From Thermoanaerobaculia bacterium (GTDB lineage: Bacteria; Acidobacteriota; Thermoanaerobaculia; Multivoradales; Multivoraceae), in the NCBI GenBank assembly GCA_963666565.1, contig OY762911.1, positions 1,184,001 to 1,248,000 on the forward strand: DNA of 64,000 nt, written 5' to 3'. The notes beneath the pieces are model-generated. The model did not search any database, was not told the DNA's origin, and saw only the letters and a list, made by a program, of their open reading frames with translations. Position numbers and translations under genes: made by a program. This document shows positions 41,064 to 49,977 of the stretch, one piece after another (position 1 is the stretch's first letter; every line of letters begins with the position of its first letter).

Positions 41064-43850
41064 CTAGAAGTGGAAGCGCGCCCCGATTCGCCAGACCCGA
41101 CCGCGTATCAGCCGCCTCGGGGCGCCGAAGGGCCTGTCGCTGTTCAGGGACTGTTCGGCTTCGATGACCGTGTCGGCGTTGCCGACGTTGAAGACATCGA
41201 TGCCGACGCCGAGCCTGCGGTTGTTGCCGATGTTGAAGTCCTTCTCCACCCTCAGATCGAGGTTGATGCCGTCGTCGAGACGGAAGGAGCCCGCCGGGTA
41301 GCCGTAGATGTCCGAAGTCTGATCGACGTCTTCCACCCTGATGAGCTGGTTGTAGGTGTTGCCCGAGAAGTAGCTGAGGTAGCCGCCGACGATGATCCCG
41401 CCCGGGAGTTCCGCGTTGCCCAGAACCTTGATCAGGTGGGTTGGATCGATCGTCAGATTGCCGTAGGCGTTGATCTGGTGGTTCGGGTCGCTGAAGAAGG
41501 TCGAACTGCCGAGCTGGGAGCCTCTTCCCTCCAGGAACTCGTACCAGCCGTTGTTGTCGCTGCCTCTTGCCTCGCCGTATGTCCACGAAGCCTGCATCTG
41601 CCAGTTGTTGCGCCACCGCCTGGCGAGGCTTGCCGTGATCCCGGCGTACTTGCGGATCTTCCTGAAGCAGGTGATTTCCTTGTACGCCTGCCCGTAGTCC
41701 TCGCAGTGGTCGACGTTCGTGAAGTAGTACCGGTTCTCGCCCTCGTTCGTCTGGTTGAGAACGTTGAAGGTCCGTCCGCTGTCGGGATCCGTGTACCGCG
41801 TGGGTTCGAACTCGCCGGTGAGGTTCACGCCGTCCAGGAACTGGTGGTTCGTCCGATAGGTCGCGGTGATGTCGAGCGAGACGGTACGCGAGAGGACCTT
41901 CTCCCAGCCGACGTCCAGGGCGTCCATGTAGGGCACGCCGAGGCTGTCGTCGATCGTCCACTGGCCGGGACCTCGCCCTTCGGTGAAGTCGTGCTCCCAG
42001 ACCTCGTCGTCGGCGTTCCAGATGTAGCCCGTCACGTTGCTCTCGGGCGCCAGCCGGCTGTAGAACAGCGAGATGACCTGGTGGTAGTAGCGCCCCCAGT
42101 GGGCCTTCAGCACGGAGTCGTTGTCGTCTCCGAGGTTGATGTTCAGTCCGATGCGCGGCGCGATCCCGAGTTCGGGCGTGAACACGCTGCCCTGATCGAA
42201 GCGGACGCCGTTCACGTCCGACTCGACGGCCCCGCGCCAGTAGTTGGCCCGCAGGCCGAGGTTCAGCCTCACCCGGTCGTTGATTCCCCAGGAGTCCTGC
42301 ACGTAGCCGACGATCTTGTCGGTGTCGGCATAGGTGTCGTAGCCGGTGCTCTCGAAGAGGATGTAGGGCTCGCCGGCGAAGTCGTAGTAGTACTTGCCGC
42401 CCGCGTACTGGTTGAGCGTGTTGACCAGCGTGTTCTGCAGCTCGACGCCGAACTTGAAGTCGTGCTCGCCGCGGATGAAGTCATCCGTGAAGTGGCTGAC
42501 CGAGGCGATGACCTGGTAGCGCTCGCGGTTGGCATTGAAGGGCCCCCACCAGTTCCCGGAAAGGCGGTCTTCGAAGCCGTCGTAGCGGGCGGGCGTGTCG
42601 CCGCTGTCGGGAAGCTCAGTCTGACGCTGGTGATAGCCGCCGAACTTCAGATCGAGCAGCGTGTCCTGGGACAGCATGTCCGTGTAGTTGAAGTTGAACA
42701 GGTACTGGGTCTGTTCGTTGCTGAAGGTCGCGCCGGGGGCGACGAGGTCGCCCTCGTCCGCGCCCTGGTAGAGCTGGTCGCGGGTGCTGTACTCAAGCAT
42801 GCCGCTGAAGATCTTCTCCTGTGTCGGCGTCCAGTTGATCTTGCCGACCAAGCGGGGCGCCTCGTAGGTCGGGGCATTGACATGGTCCCCGCTGGCCGTC
42901 GAGTCCTCCTGGCGGTACTTGAACGAGGAGAAGAACCACGCCTTGTCGCGCTGCACGGGTCCGCCGATGTCGAAGTGGACATCGGTGTCCGAGCGGTCGC
43001 TGCCGCTGCGCTGCAGATCGGGGTCGTTCGTGTTCTGGGACTGCCAGTCGTTGTCGGAAAGTTGCAGGTCGACCAGACCGTTCAGATCGTTCGAGCCCTG
43101 CTTCGTCGTCACGTTGACGATCACGCCGCTGTAGCCGCCGTACTCGGCCGAGGCGCCGGCGCCGAGGACGGTGACGTCCTCGACCGAGAAGAAGCCGAGA
43201 GGCACCTCGCTCTCGCCCGCCTCCGGGCTGTTGATGACGACGCCGTCGATCGAGAACTGGACGCCCATGCCGGGTGAGCCATAGGCTGAAGGTTGCCTGC
43301 CGTCCGCGTTCTGGGAGTGGACGCCGGGCGCCAACTGCACGACGCCGCGGATGCTGCGCTGGGTCGGCACCTCCATCAGGATCTCGTTGTTGAGTTCCGT
43401 CGTCACAAGCGTCGAACTGCGGACGTCGATGAGCGGCGAGCCCTCGACGATGATGATGTCCTCGACGCTCCCCAACTGCATCGTCAGATCGACGCTCAGG
43501 GTCTTGCCGACGGTGAGGACGATGTCTTCCTGCTGCGCGGTCGAGAAGCCCTCGATCGAGGCCGCGACGGTGTAGGTGGACGGCAGCAGAGCGACGAAGC
43601 GGTAGCGTCCGTTCGCGTCCGTCATCGTTTCGCTCGTCGCGCCGAGTTCTCCCGACGTGAGCGTGACGTTGACGCCCGGCATGCGGTCGCCGTTGGGGTC
43701 AGTGATGGTGCCGGTGATCGAGCCGCGCTCGATCGACTGGGCCCATGCGGCCGCGCAGATGAAGGCGACGAGTACCCCCGAGCCGATGATCCGTGGGAAT
43801 CTTGCCGTCGGGGCAAGAGCGCGAGAACCGACGGTTCCGCCGTGCTTCAT
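41064..43850 (-). CDS. TonB-dependent receptor (Oar-like, N-terminal carboxypeptidase-regulatory-like domain)
   Basis: GSITGTITD..G..MPGV.V; plug SAEYGGYSG.IVNVTTKQG; C-terminal IGARFHF. Confidence 0.93.
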   Translation of the reverse strand: MKHGGTVGSRALAPTARFPRIIGSGVLVAFICAAAWAQSIERGSITGTITDPNGDRMPGVNVTLTSGELGATSETMTDANGRYRFVALLPSTYTVAASIEGFSTAQQEDIVLTVGKTLSVDLTMQLGSVEDIIIVEGSPLIDVRSSTLVTTELNNEILMEVPTQRSIRGVVQLAPGVHSQNADGRQPSAYGSPGMGVQFSIDGVVINSPEAGESEVPLGFFSVEDVTVLGAGASAEYGGYSGVIVNVTTKQGSNDLNGLVDLQLSDNDWQSQNTNDPDLQRSGSDRSDTDVHFDIGGPVQRDKAWFFSSFKYRQEDSTASGDHVNAPTYEAPRLVGKINWTPTQEKIFSGMLEYSTRDQLYQGADEGDLVAPGATFSNEQTQYLFNFNYTDMLSQDTLLDLKFGGYHQRQTELPDSGDTPARYDGFEDRLSGNWWGPFNANRERYQVIASVSHFTDDFIRGEHDFKFGVELQNTLVNTLNQYAGGKYYYDFAGEPYILFESTGYDTYADTDKIVGYVQDSWGINDRVRLNLGLRANYWRGAVESDVNGVRFDQGSVFTPELGIAPRIGLNINLGDDNDSVLKAHWGRYYHQVISLFYSRLAPESNVTGYIWNADDEVWEHDFTEGRGPGQWTIDDSLGVPYMDALDVGWEKVLSRTVSLDITATYRTNHQFLDGVNLTGEFEPTRYTDPDSGRTFNVLNQTNEGENRYYFTNVDHCEDYGQAYKEITCFRKIRKYAGITASLARRWRNNWQMQASWTYGEARGSDNNGWYEFLEGRGSQLGSSTFFSDPNHQINAYGNLTIDPTHLIKVLGNAELPGGIIVGGYLSYFSGNTYNQLIRVEDVDQTSDIYGYPAGSFRLDDGINLDLRVEKDFNIGNNRRLGVGIDVFNVGNADTVIEAEQSLNSDRPFGAPRRLIRGRVWRIGARFHF

Positions 43851-44014
43851 GGCCGCCTTCCTTCCTTGGACTGTTCCAATCTCCTCCGGTGACTATGCGC
43901 GGGCCGGTCTGGCGGTCCATGCCGGCCGGACAAACCTGTAGCGGTGTTGCAAACACGCTAGCGTTACTAAACGCGGTCGTCAAATCGGGTTCAGCCGGTT
44001 GAATCCTCCGTTGC

Positions 44015-44074
44015 CTGGGTGCGCGGGTCTTCCGACCCGCATGCCGCCGAAGGCGGCCAGGAACACGCCGGCCG
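44015..44074 (+). repeat. REP copy H
   Basis: ctgggtgcgcgggtcttccgacccgcatgccgccgaaggcggcc. Confidence 0.85.
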
Positions 44075-44096
44075 TCAGGCCGCCGCCACATCGCCT

Positions 44097-45245
44097 CTAC
44101 TGCCGCGCCACTTCCTCGATCGCCTCGATCCCGCCGACCCTCTCCGCGTTGTCGAGATACACCTGCCGCACCTTCTCCTCGAACAGCTCCCGGTCGATCT
44201 CGTTGAACTCGATCCCCAGCTTCTCCAGTTCGACCAGGGCCGCCGCGGTCATCGACGCCATCGCCTCCCGTTCGACCGCGACCGACGCCCGCCCCGCCTC
44301 CAGCACCGCGGCCTGGACCTCGGCCGGCAGATCGTCGTAGAGCTTTCGGCTGAAGACCAGGGCGACGGCCAGGTAGAGGTGCCGGGTGTAGGACACGTAC
44401 CTGGTGACCTCGTAGAAGCGCTCCCCGTAGAGATCGACGTGATCCGTCTCCGCGCCGTCGACGACGCCCTGCTCCAACGCCGAGTAGAGCTCGCCGAACG
44501 ACATCGGGGTCGCCTGCGCGCCGAGGGCGTTGAACGTGTCGACGAGGATCGGCGTCGGGATGACGCGGATCTTCAGACCCTCGAAGTCGGCTGGCACGAC
44601 GATGGGCCGCTCGGCGTTCCAGGCGTTGCGGCGGCCCGCGAACCAGTAGCCGAGCACGACGACGTCGAGTTCTTCCTCGATGCGAGCGGCGACGCGCTCG
44701 CCGACCGGGCCGTCCAGCACCCGGTAGAAGTGGTCGAGGTCGCGGAAGATGAAGGGGAAGTTGAAGATCTCCGCCTCCGGCACGAAGGCCGCGATGCCGC
44801 CGCCGGCGCTGGCCGCCGAGGCCGCCAAAGCCCCCAGCTTCACCATCAGGGTCGCCTCCTCCTCGGTGCCGAGCTGCGCGTTCTCGAAGATCTGGACCTG
44901 CACCGCGCCGCCGGTGCGCTCCTCCAGGACGCGGCGGAACTCCTCGAAGCCGGCCTGGAACGGGTGTCCGGCCGGTCCGTTGTGGGCGACCTTGAGCACG
45001 GTCGCGCCGTCGTTGCCGCGGCAGCCGGCGAGGAGGGCGATGGCGCAGAGCGCGAGGAACGCGGCGGCGCCGCCAGAGTGGAGCCGACCTAACGGCCGGC
45101 GCGTTCTCCTGGCCGCCTTCGGCGGCAGCGGGTCAGAACCCGGCTGGCAGGTCCCCGCGCCAGCCGCGTCACGGTCCGAGCGCCCGTCTTCGGGCGGTCG
45201 GATGTCAGACCCGCGCATCGGCAGGCGTCGCCGAGGGCTACTCAT
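44097..45245 (-). CDS. dctP: TRAP transporter substrate-binding protein
   Basis: LKVAH, AQLGTE, DFEGLKIRV, PMSFGELYSALEQGVVDG; lipobox LAGC preceded by a REP-derived extension. Confidence 0.92.
   Translation of the reverse strand: MSSPRRRLPMRGSDIRPPEDGRSDRDAAGAGTCQPGSDPLPPKAARRTRRPLGRLHSGGAAAFLALCAIALLAGCRGNDGATVLKVAHNGPAGHPFQAGFEEFRRVLEERTGGAVQVQIFENAQLGTEEEATLMVKLGALAASAASAGGGIAAFVPEAEIFNFPFIFRDLDHFYRVLDGPVGERVAARIEEELDVVVLGYWFAGRRNAWNAERPIVVPADFEGLKIRVIPTPILVDTFNALGAQATPMSFGELYSALEQGVVDGAETDHVDLYGERFYEVTRYVSYTRHLYLAVALVFSRKLYDDLPAEVQAAVLEAGRASVAVEREAMASMTAAALVELEKLGIEFNEIDRELFEEKVRQVYLDNAERVGGIEAIEEVARQ
45093..45217 (-). repeat. REP copy I carrying the 69-bp miniature element (45139-45207)
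   Basis: GCGGGTC[69 bp]TTCTGACCCGC; insert matches 14225-14293 at 65/69 positions. Confidence 0.85.
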
Positions 45246-46518
45246 AGCCGAGCGCGCGCGGCAGCCACAGCGTGACCTGCGGCGCGAAAGTCAGGACGAG
45301 AAGCATCGCGAGCAGCAGCGCCAGGAACGGCAGCAGCTTCGGCGTCACCTTCTCGATCGGCGTCTTCCCGACGCCGCAAGCCACGTACAGGCAGATGCCG
45401 ACCGGCGGCGAGATCATGCCGATGCCGACGTTGGCGGCCACCAGAATGCCGAAGTGGAGCGGATCCATGCCGAGCGCCATCGCCGCCGGCAGCAGGATGG
45501 GCATCAGGATGATGATCGGCGGCAGGGCGTCCATCACCATGCCGAGAACGAGGAAGACGAGGTGGACGAAGAGGATGAAGACGATCCAGTTCGGCGCGTG
45601 GGCCGAGATCCCCTCCGCGAGCAGATGCGGCAGCCGCTCGAAGGTCAGCACGAACGAGAACATGGACGCCGTGCCCAGCACGAACAGGACGACGCCGGAG
45701 AGCGAAGCGGTCCGGAGCAGGATCTTGGGGATGTCCTCGAGCTTCAGCTCCCGGTAGACGAAGAAGGAGACCAGGGCGCCGTAGACCACGGCGACCGCCG
45801 ACGCCTCCGTCGGCGTGAAGACGCCGCCGTAGATGCCGCCGAGGATGATGACGATCATGAACAGCGGCAGGATGCCGTCGCGGATCGTGCGCAGCCGCCG
45901 CGGCCAAGTCGTGCGTTCTTCGAGCGGCAGGTCGAGGTCGAGCGCGCGAATCCAGGTGAGCCCCATCAGCGCCAGGCCCAGCACGATGGCCGGCGTGACG
46001 CCGGCCGCGAACAGGGCGCCGATCGACATTCCCGAGACGACGCCGATGACGATCAGGTCGATCGCCGGCGGCACCAGGGTGGAGACGCCGCCGGCCGAAG
46101 CGAACACGGCGGTCGCGAACGCCGGCGGGTACTTCCGCTCTCGCATGGCCGGCAGGGCCACCGAGCCGATCGCGGCGGTGTTTGCGCTCGGCGAGCCCGA
46201 GATGCCGGAGAACAGCATCGTCGAGAGGATGACGACCAGGCCGAGACCGCCGGGCAGGCGGCCGACGAACTGCATGGCCAGGTCCACGATCCGGCGCGCC
46301 ATGCCGCCGTGCGAGATGAGCGCCCCGGCGAGCACGAACAGCGGCACCGCCAGGAGCGGGAACGAGTCGAGCCCGGCGAGGAACTTCTGCGGCAGGACGA
46401 TCAGGAACTCGGGCGAGCTGTAGAGCAGGCCGACCATGGCCGCGAGCGCCAGCGCGATCGCGACCGGCACGCCGAGGAGCAGCGCCGCGACCAGGGTGAG
46501 AACGACCAGGAGCCCCAT
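45238..46518 (-). CDS. dctM: TRAP transporter large permease
   Basis: SFPLLAVPLF, SGISGS, GGVFTPTEA, GMISPPVG. Confidence 0.95.
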   Translation of the reverse strand: MGLLVVLTLVAALLLGVPVAIALALAAMVGLLYSSPEFLIVLPQKFLAGLDSFPLLAVPLFVLAGALISHGGMARRIVDLAMQFVGRLPGGLGLVVILSTMLFSGISGSPSANTAAIGSVALPAMRERKYPPAFATAVFASAGGVSTLVPPAIDLIVIGVVSGMSIGALFAAGVTPAIVLGLALMGLTWIRALDLDLPLEERTTWPRRLRTIRDGILPLFMIVIILGGIYGGVFTPTEASAVAVVYGALVSFFVYRELKLEDIPKILLRTASLSGVVLFVLGTASMFSFVLTFERLPHLLAEGISAHAPNWIVFILFVHLVFLVLGMVMDALPPIIILMPILLPAAMALGMDPLHFGILVAANVGIGMISPPVGICLYVACGVGKTPIEKVTPKLLPFLALLLAMLLVLTFAPQVTLWLPRALGYE

Positions 46519-46529
46519 CGGCCGTCCCT

Positions 46530-47015
46530 CTACTCCCCTCGTTCCGCACGGAGCTCGCGGCGCCAGTTGACGAGCGCGTAGTACAGGGTCAGCGTGCTGC
46601 CGGCGAAGGCGGACGAGTAGGGGATCGCCATCGACATCCTCGTGGCCGGCGCCTCCATGCCGCGCACCTCGATGGCGAAGAGGAGCGACTGCGAGGCGAA
46701 GACCGCGAGGAAGACGGCCGTGGCCGCGGCAACGGCGGCGCCGATCCAGCGCCGCGCCGCGGGCGGCGCCCGGTCCACGACGAAGCGGAGCGCGAAGTGG
46801 GCGCCCGTCTTCATCGCGTAGGCGGCGGAGAGAGCCGCCAGCCACATCAGCAGGAAGCGGGCGAGTTCCTCCGACCAGGACAGCGACGCCTGCAGGACGT
46901 ACCGGAAAACGACCTGGGAAAACGTGACCGCGACCAGGGCGACCAGGATCGTGCAGACCGCCGCCTCCAGCGGGTGGCGGACCAGAGTCCGGAGCGCTGC
47001 GCCGATCCGGTTCAA
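46530..47015 (-). CDS. dctQ: TRAP transporter small permease
   Basis: QVVFRY, WSEELARFL..W, H-F motif; 4 TMs; TTGA overlap with SDR. Confidence 0.9.
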   Translation of the reverse strand: MNRIGAALRTLVRHPLEAAVCTILVALVAVTFSQVVFRYVLQASLSWSEELARFLLMWLAALSAAYAMKTGAHFALRFVVDRAPPAARRWIGAAVAAATAVFLAVFASQSLLFAIEVRGMEAPATRMSMAIPYSSAFAGSTLTLYYALVNWRRELRAERGE

Positions 47016-47758
47016 TGCATGTATTGGCCGCCGTTGACGTAGAAGCTGGCGCCGGTCGTGAACTCCGCGTCGATCATGCACTCGACGATCCGGTTCACGT
47101 CCTCGAACTCGCCGAGCCTGCCCATCGGCAGCGAGCCGAGTTCCCTGGCCAGGCCCTCCTCCGTGTCGAGGCGGTAGCGGTCCATCACTTCCTGCGTCCG
47201 GACCGATCCCGGCACCAGGCAGTTGACCCGGATCCGCGGCGCAAGCTCGCGCGCCAGGCACTTCGTCAGCGCCAGGATGCCGCCCTTGGCGCTGCAGAAG
47301 TTGGCGCCGTTCAGCCGCCCGATCTGGCCGCAGGCGGCGGCGACGGTGACGATCGAGCCGGGGCGGTCGGGATTGTGGAACACGTACTCCTGGCAGCAGA
47401 GGAAGTGACCCTTCAGGTGCGCCGAGTGGACCGAGTCCCACATCTCGTCCGTCAGCTCGACGAAGGGGGCGTCGCGGTTGATGCCGGCGAAGTTCAGCAG
47501 GACGTCGACCCGGCCGAAGCGGTCCACCGTCGCGTCGAACATCGCCCGCACCTGCTCCCGGTCGCCGACGTCGGCCCGGTGCTTCATCAGCCGGTCCGGA
47601 TCGACCTGGGCGGCGACGCGGTCGAAGACGGCTTGCCCCCGGCCTTCGTTCAGGCAGTGAATCACCACCCGGAAGCCCCTGAGCGCGAAGTGCTCGGCCA
47701 GTTCGGCGCCGAGGCCGTTCGACGCGCCGGTGATCACCATGACTCTCTCTTCGCTCAT
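47012..47758 (-). CDS. Short-chain dehydrogenase/reductase, atypical active site
   Basis: TGASNGLG, NFAG, IRVNCLVPG; FCSAK in place of YxxxK. Confidence 0.9.
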   Translation of the reverse strand: MSEERVMVITGASNGLGAELAEHFALRGFRVVIHCLNEGRGQAVFDRVAAQVDPDRLMKHRADVGDREQVRAMFDATVDRFGRVDVLLNFAGINRDAPFVELTDEMWDSVHSAHLKGHFLCCQEYVFHNPDRPGSIVTVAAACGQIGRLNGANFCSAKGGILALTKCLARELAPRIRVNCLVPGSVRTQEVMDRYRLDTEEGLARELGSLPMGRLGEFEDVNRIVECMIDAEFTTGASFYVNGGQYMH

Positions 47759-47822
47759 CGCGCTCGTTCCTCCCGATCGCAGCGTACTCGCTGCGCCGCG
47801 GCGGCCGGTTCCGTGCAGCGTG

Positions 47823-48887
47823 CTAGTGGCCGCCCCAGATGTCGCCTACGGTGAAGCCGTTCGGGAACGGATCCTCCGGGTCGACCACGTACTGGGCGAA
47901 GCCGGTAATCCATGCCGTGCCCGCCAGCGTCGGCACCGCGGCGTGGATGTCGCCGACCTTCGTCTCCCGCACCATGCGGCCCGTGAAGGTGGTGCCGAGG
48001 ACGCCCTCGTGCACGAAGTCCTGGCCGAGCGGCAACTCGCCCTTGGCCCACATCGCCGCCATCTTCGCGCAGGTGCCGGTGCCGCAGGGAGAGCGGTCGA
48101 GGGCGCCGGTCCAGGTCAGCGGCCTCTTCCAGTCGAGCTTGCCGGTCGAGACGATCACCGTGTTGCGCCGGTGCGACCCGGGGTTGAGCGGCGGCGCCGA
48201 GAGCTGGCCGATCGTGACGCCGCGGATTTCCGGGTTGAGCGGGTGGACCGGCGGCGGAAGCTGCTCCCGGCAGGCGGCCTTGATCATCTCGCCGACGCGG
48301 GCCGCTTCGGCGGCCTCTTCCGGCGCCAGGGTCAGGCCGACCTGGTCGGCGTCGGCGATGACGTAGAACATGCCGCCGTAGGCGACGTCGACCGTCACCT
48401 TGCCGAGTTCCGGGACGTCGAGTTCGGCGTCGAGGTGGACGGCGAAGGCGGGCACGTTCTCGAACTCGACCCGCTTCACCTTGCCGCGTTCGACGTCGGC
48501 GCGCACCCGGATCAGGCCGGCGGGAGACTCCAGGGTCAACTCCGTGAGCGGCTCGTCGTGCGGCACCATGCCGGTCTCGATCAGCACGGTGACCACGGCG
48601 ATCGTGTTCGTGCCCGACATGCCGGGGTACTCCACCTGCTCCATGATCACGTAGCCGGCCACGGCGTCGGGGTGGGTGGGCGGCAGGATCAGGTTGCAGT
48701 TCGCCGCCGGGTAGCCGCGCGGTTCGCGCAGCATCCGCAGGCGCAGCTCGTCCGCCTCCGTTTCGAGGTAGCGCATCTTCTCGAACATCGTCTCGCCGGG
48801 CACGTCGAGGACGCCGCCGACGATGACCCGGCCCGGCTCGCCGCCGACGTGGGTGTCGACTGCGTGGATGACGTTGGAGACGCGCAC
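47823..48887 (-). CDS. Proline racemase superfamily protein (Ser/Cys dyad)
   Basis: DTHVGGEPGR, EPRG, MSGTN, DVAYGG, DRSPCGTG. Confidence 0.93.
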   Translation of the reverse strand: MRVSNVIHAVDTHVGGEPGRVIVGGVLDVPGETMFEKMRYLETEADELRLRMLREPRGYPAANCNLILPPTHPDAVAGYVIMEQVEYPGMSGTNTIAVVTVLIETGMVPHDEPLTELTLESPAGLIRVRADVERGKVKRVEFENVPAFAVHLDAELDVPELGKVTVDVAYGGMFYVIADADQVGLTLAPEEAAEAARVGEMIKAACREQLPPPVHPLNPEIRGVTIGQLSAPPLNPGSHRRNTVIVSTGKLDWKRPLTWTGALDRSPCGTGTCAKMAAMWAKGELPLGQDFVHEGVLGTTFTGRMVRETKVGDIHAAVPTLAGTAWITGFAQYVVDPEDPFPNGFTVGDIWGGH

Positions 48888-48889
48888 GC

Positions 48890-49945
48890 TCAGGCGCTCC
48901 CGCCGGGCGGCATGACCGTCATCTTCATCCAGCCCGCCGTGTTGTGGAAGTCGGCGACGACGCTGCCCGGCGGTACCAGCGCGTCGCAGGCGGCGCGCTG
49001 TTCGTCGGTCAGGGCCATGTCGAGCACCGGCAGCAGGTCTTCGAGGTGCCTGAGCGTCCGCGGCCCGATCAGCGGCGCGGTGATGCCGGGCTGGTCCTTG
49101 GTCCAGAGGATCGCGAACTGGGCTGGCGTCAGGCCGGACTCGGCCGCGATCCCGGCGAACCTGCGGCCGATGTCGATGCCGGCCCGCGTGACGCGGTCGG
49201 CGTAGAAGCCGCCGCGCAGCGCGGCGCGGGAGTTCTCGGGGTAGTCGGAATCGCTCAGGTAGCGACCGGCGAGCACGCCCATCGCCATCGGCGCCCAGGT
49301 GATGATGCCGAGCCCGAGGCGCTGGCACATCGGGATCAGTTCGTTCTCGATCCGGCGGTCCAGCAGGTTGTAGGGCGGCTGCTCGCTGGCGAAGCGGGCG
49401 TAGCCCTTCAGTTCGCTCGTCATCACGGCCTCGGCGACCATCCAGGCCGGGTGAGTCGAGCAGCCGATGTAGCGGATCTTCCCGGCCCGGACCAGGTCGT
49501 CCAGCGCCCTCAGGGTCTCGTCGAACGGCATCTCGGGCGAAGGGCGATGCAGTTGATAGAGGTCGATGTAGTCGGTCTGCAGCCTTCGGAGCGAGCCTTC
49601 GCAAGCGCGGATCAGGTTGATCCGCGAGTGACCGTACTCGTTGGGGCCGATGCTGCCGGTGTAGTCGACGACGCTCTGGCCGACGACCCGGCGGCCGTGA
49701 TCGACCTTGGTGGCGATCAGCAGTTCGTGGCGGCGGCCGTTCGCCTTGAGCGCCCGGCCGATGATCCGTTCGCCCTCGCCCTCGGCGTAGACCTCGCCGG
49801 TGTCGATCAGGTTGATGCCGGCGTCCATCGCCGTCTCCAGCATGCGAACGCATTCCGGCTCCGGCGTCGGATCGGCGAAGTTGTCGCTGCCGAAGCAGAG
49901 CGGGGCGACCTTGACGCCGGTCCGTCCCAGGGTGCGGTACTCCAT
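48890..49945 (-). CDS. Aldo/keto reductase (paralog of 16636..17682)
   Basis: MEYRTLGRTG, IDLYQLH, EQPPYNLLDRRIENELIP. Confidence 0.95.
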   Translation of the reverse strand: MEYRTLGRTGVKVAPLCFGSDNFADPTPEPECVRMLETAMDAGINLIDTGEVYAEGEGERIIGRALKANGRRHELLIATKVDHGRRVVGQSVVDYTGSIGPNEYGHSRINLIRACEGSLRRLQTDYIDLYQLHRPSPEMPFDETLRALDDLVRAGKIRYIGCSTHPAWMVAEAVMTSELKGYARFASEQPPYNLLDRRIENELIPMCQRLGLGIITWAPMAMGVLAGRYLSDSDYPENSRAALRGGFYADRVTRAGIDIGRRFAGIAAESGLTPAQFAILWTKDQPGITAPLIGPRTLRHLEDLLPVLDMALTDEQRAACDALVPPGSVVADFHNTAGWMKMTVMPPGGSA

Positions 49946-49977
49946 CGCGTACTCCCGTTGCCCGATCGACCCGGTGG

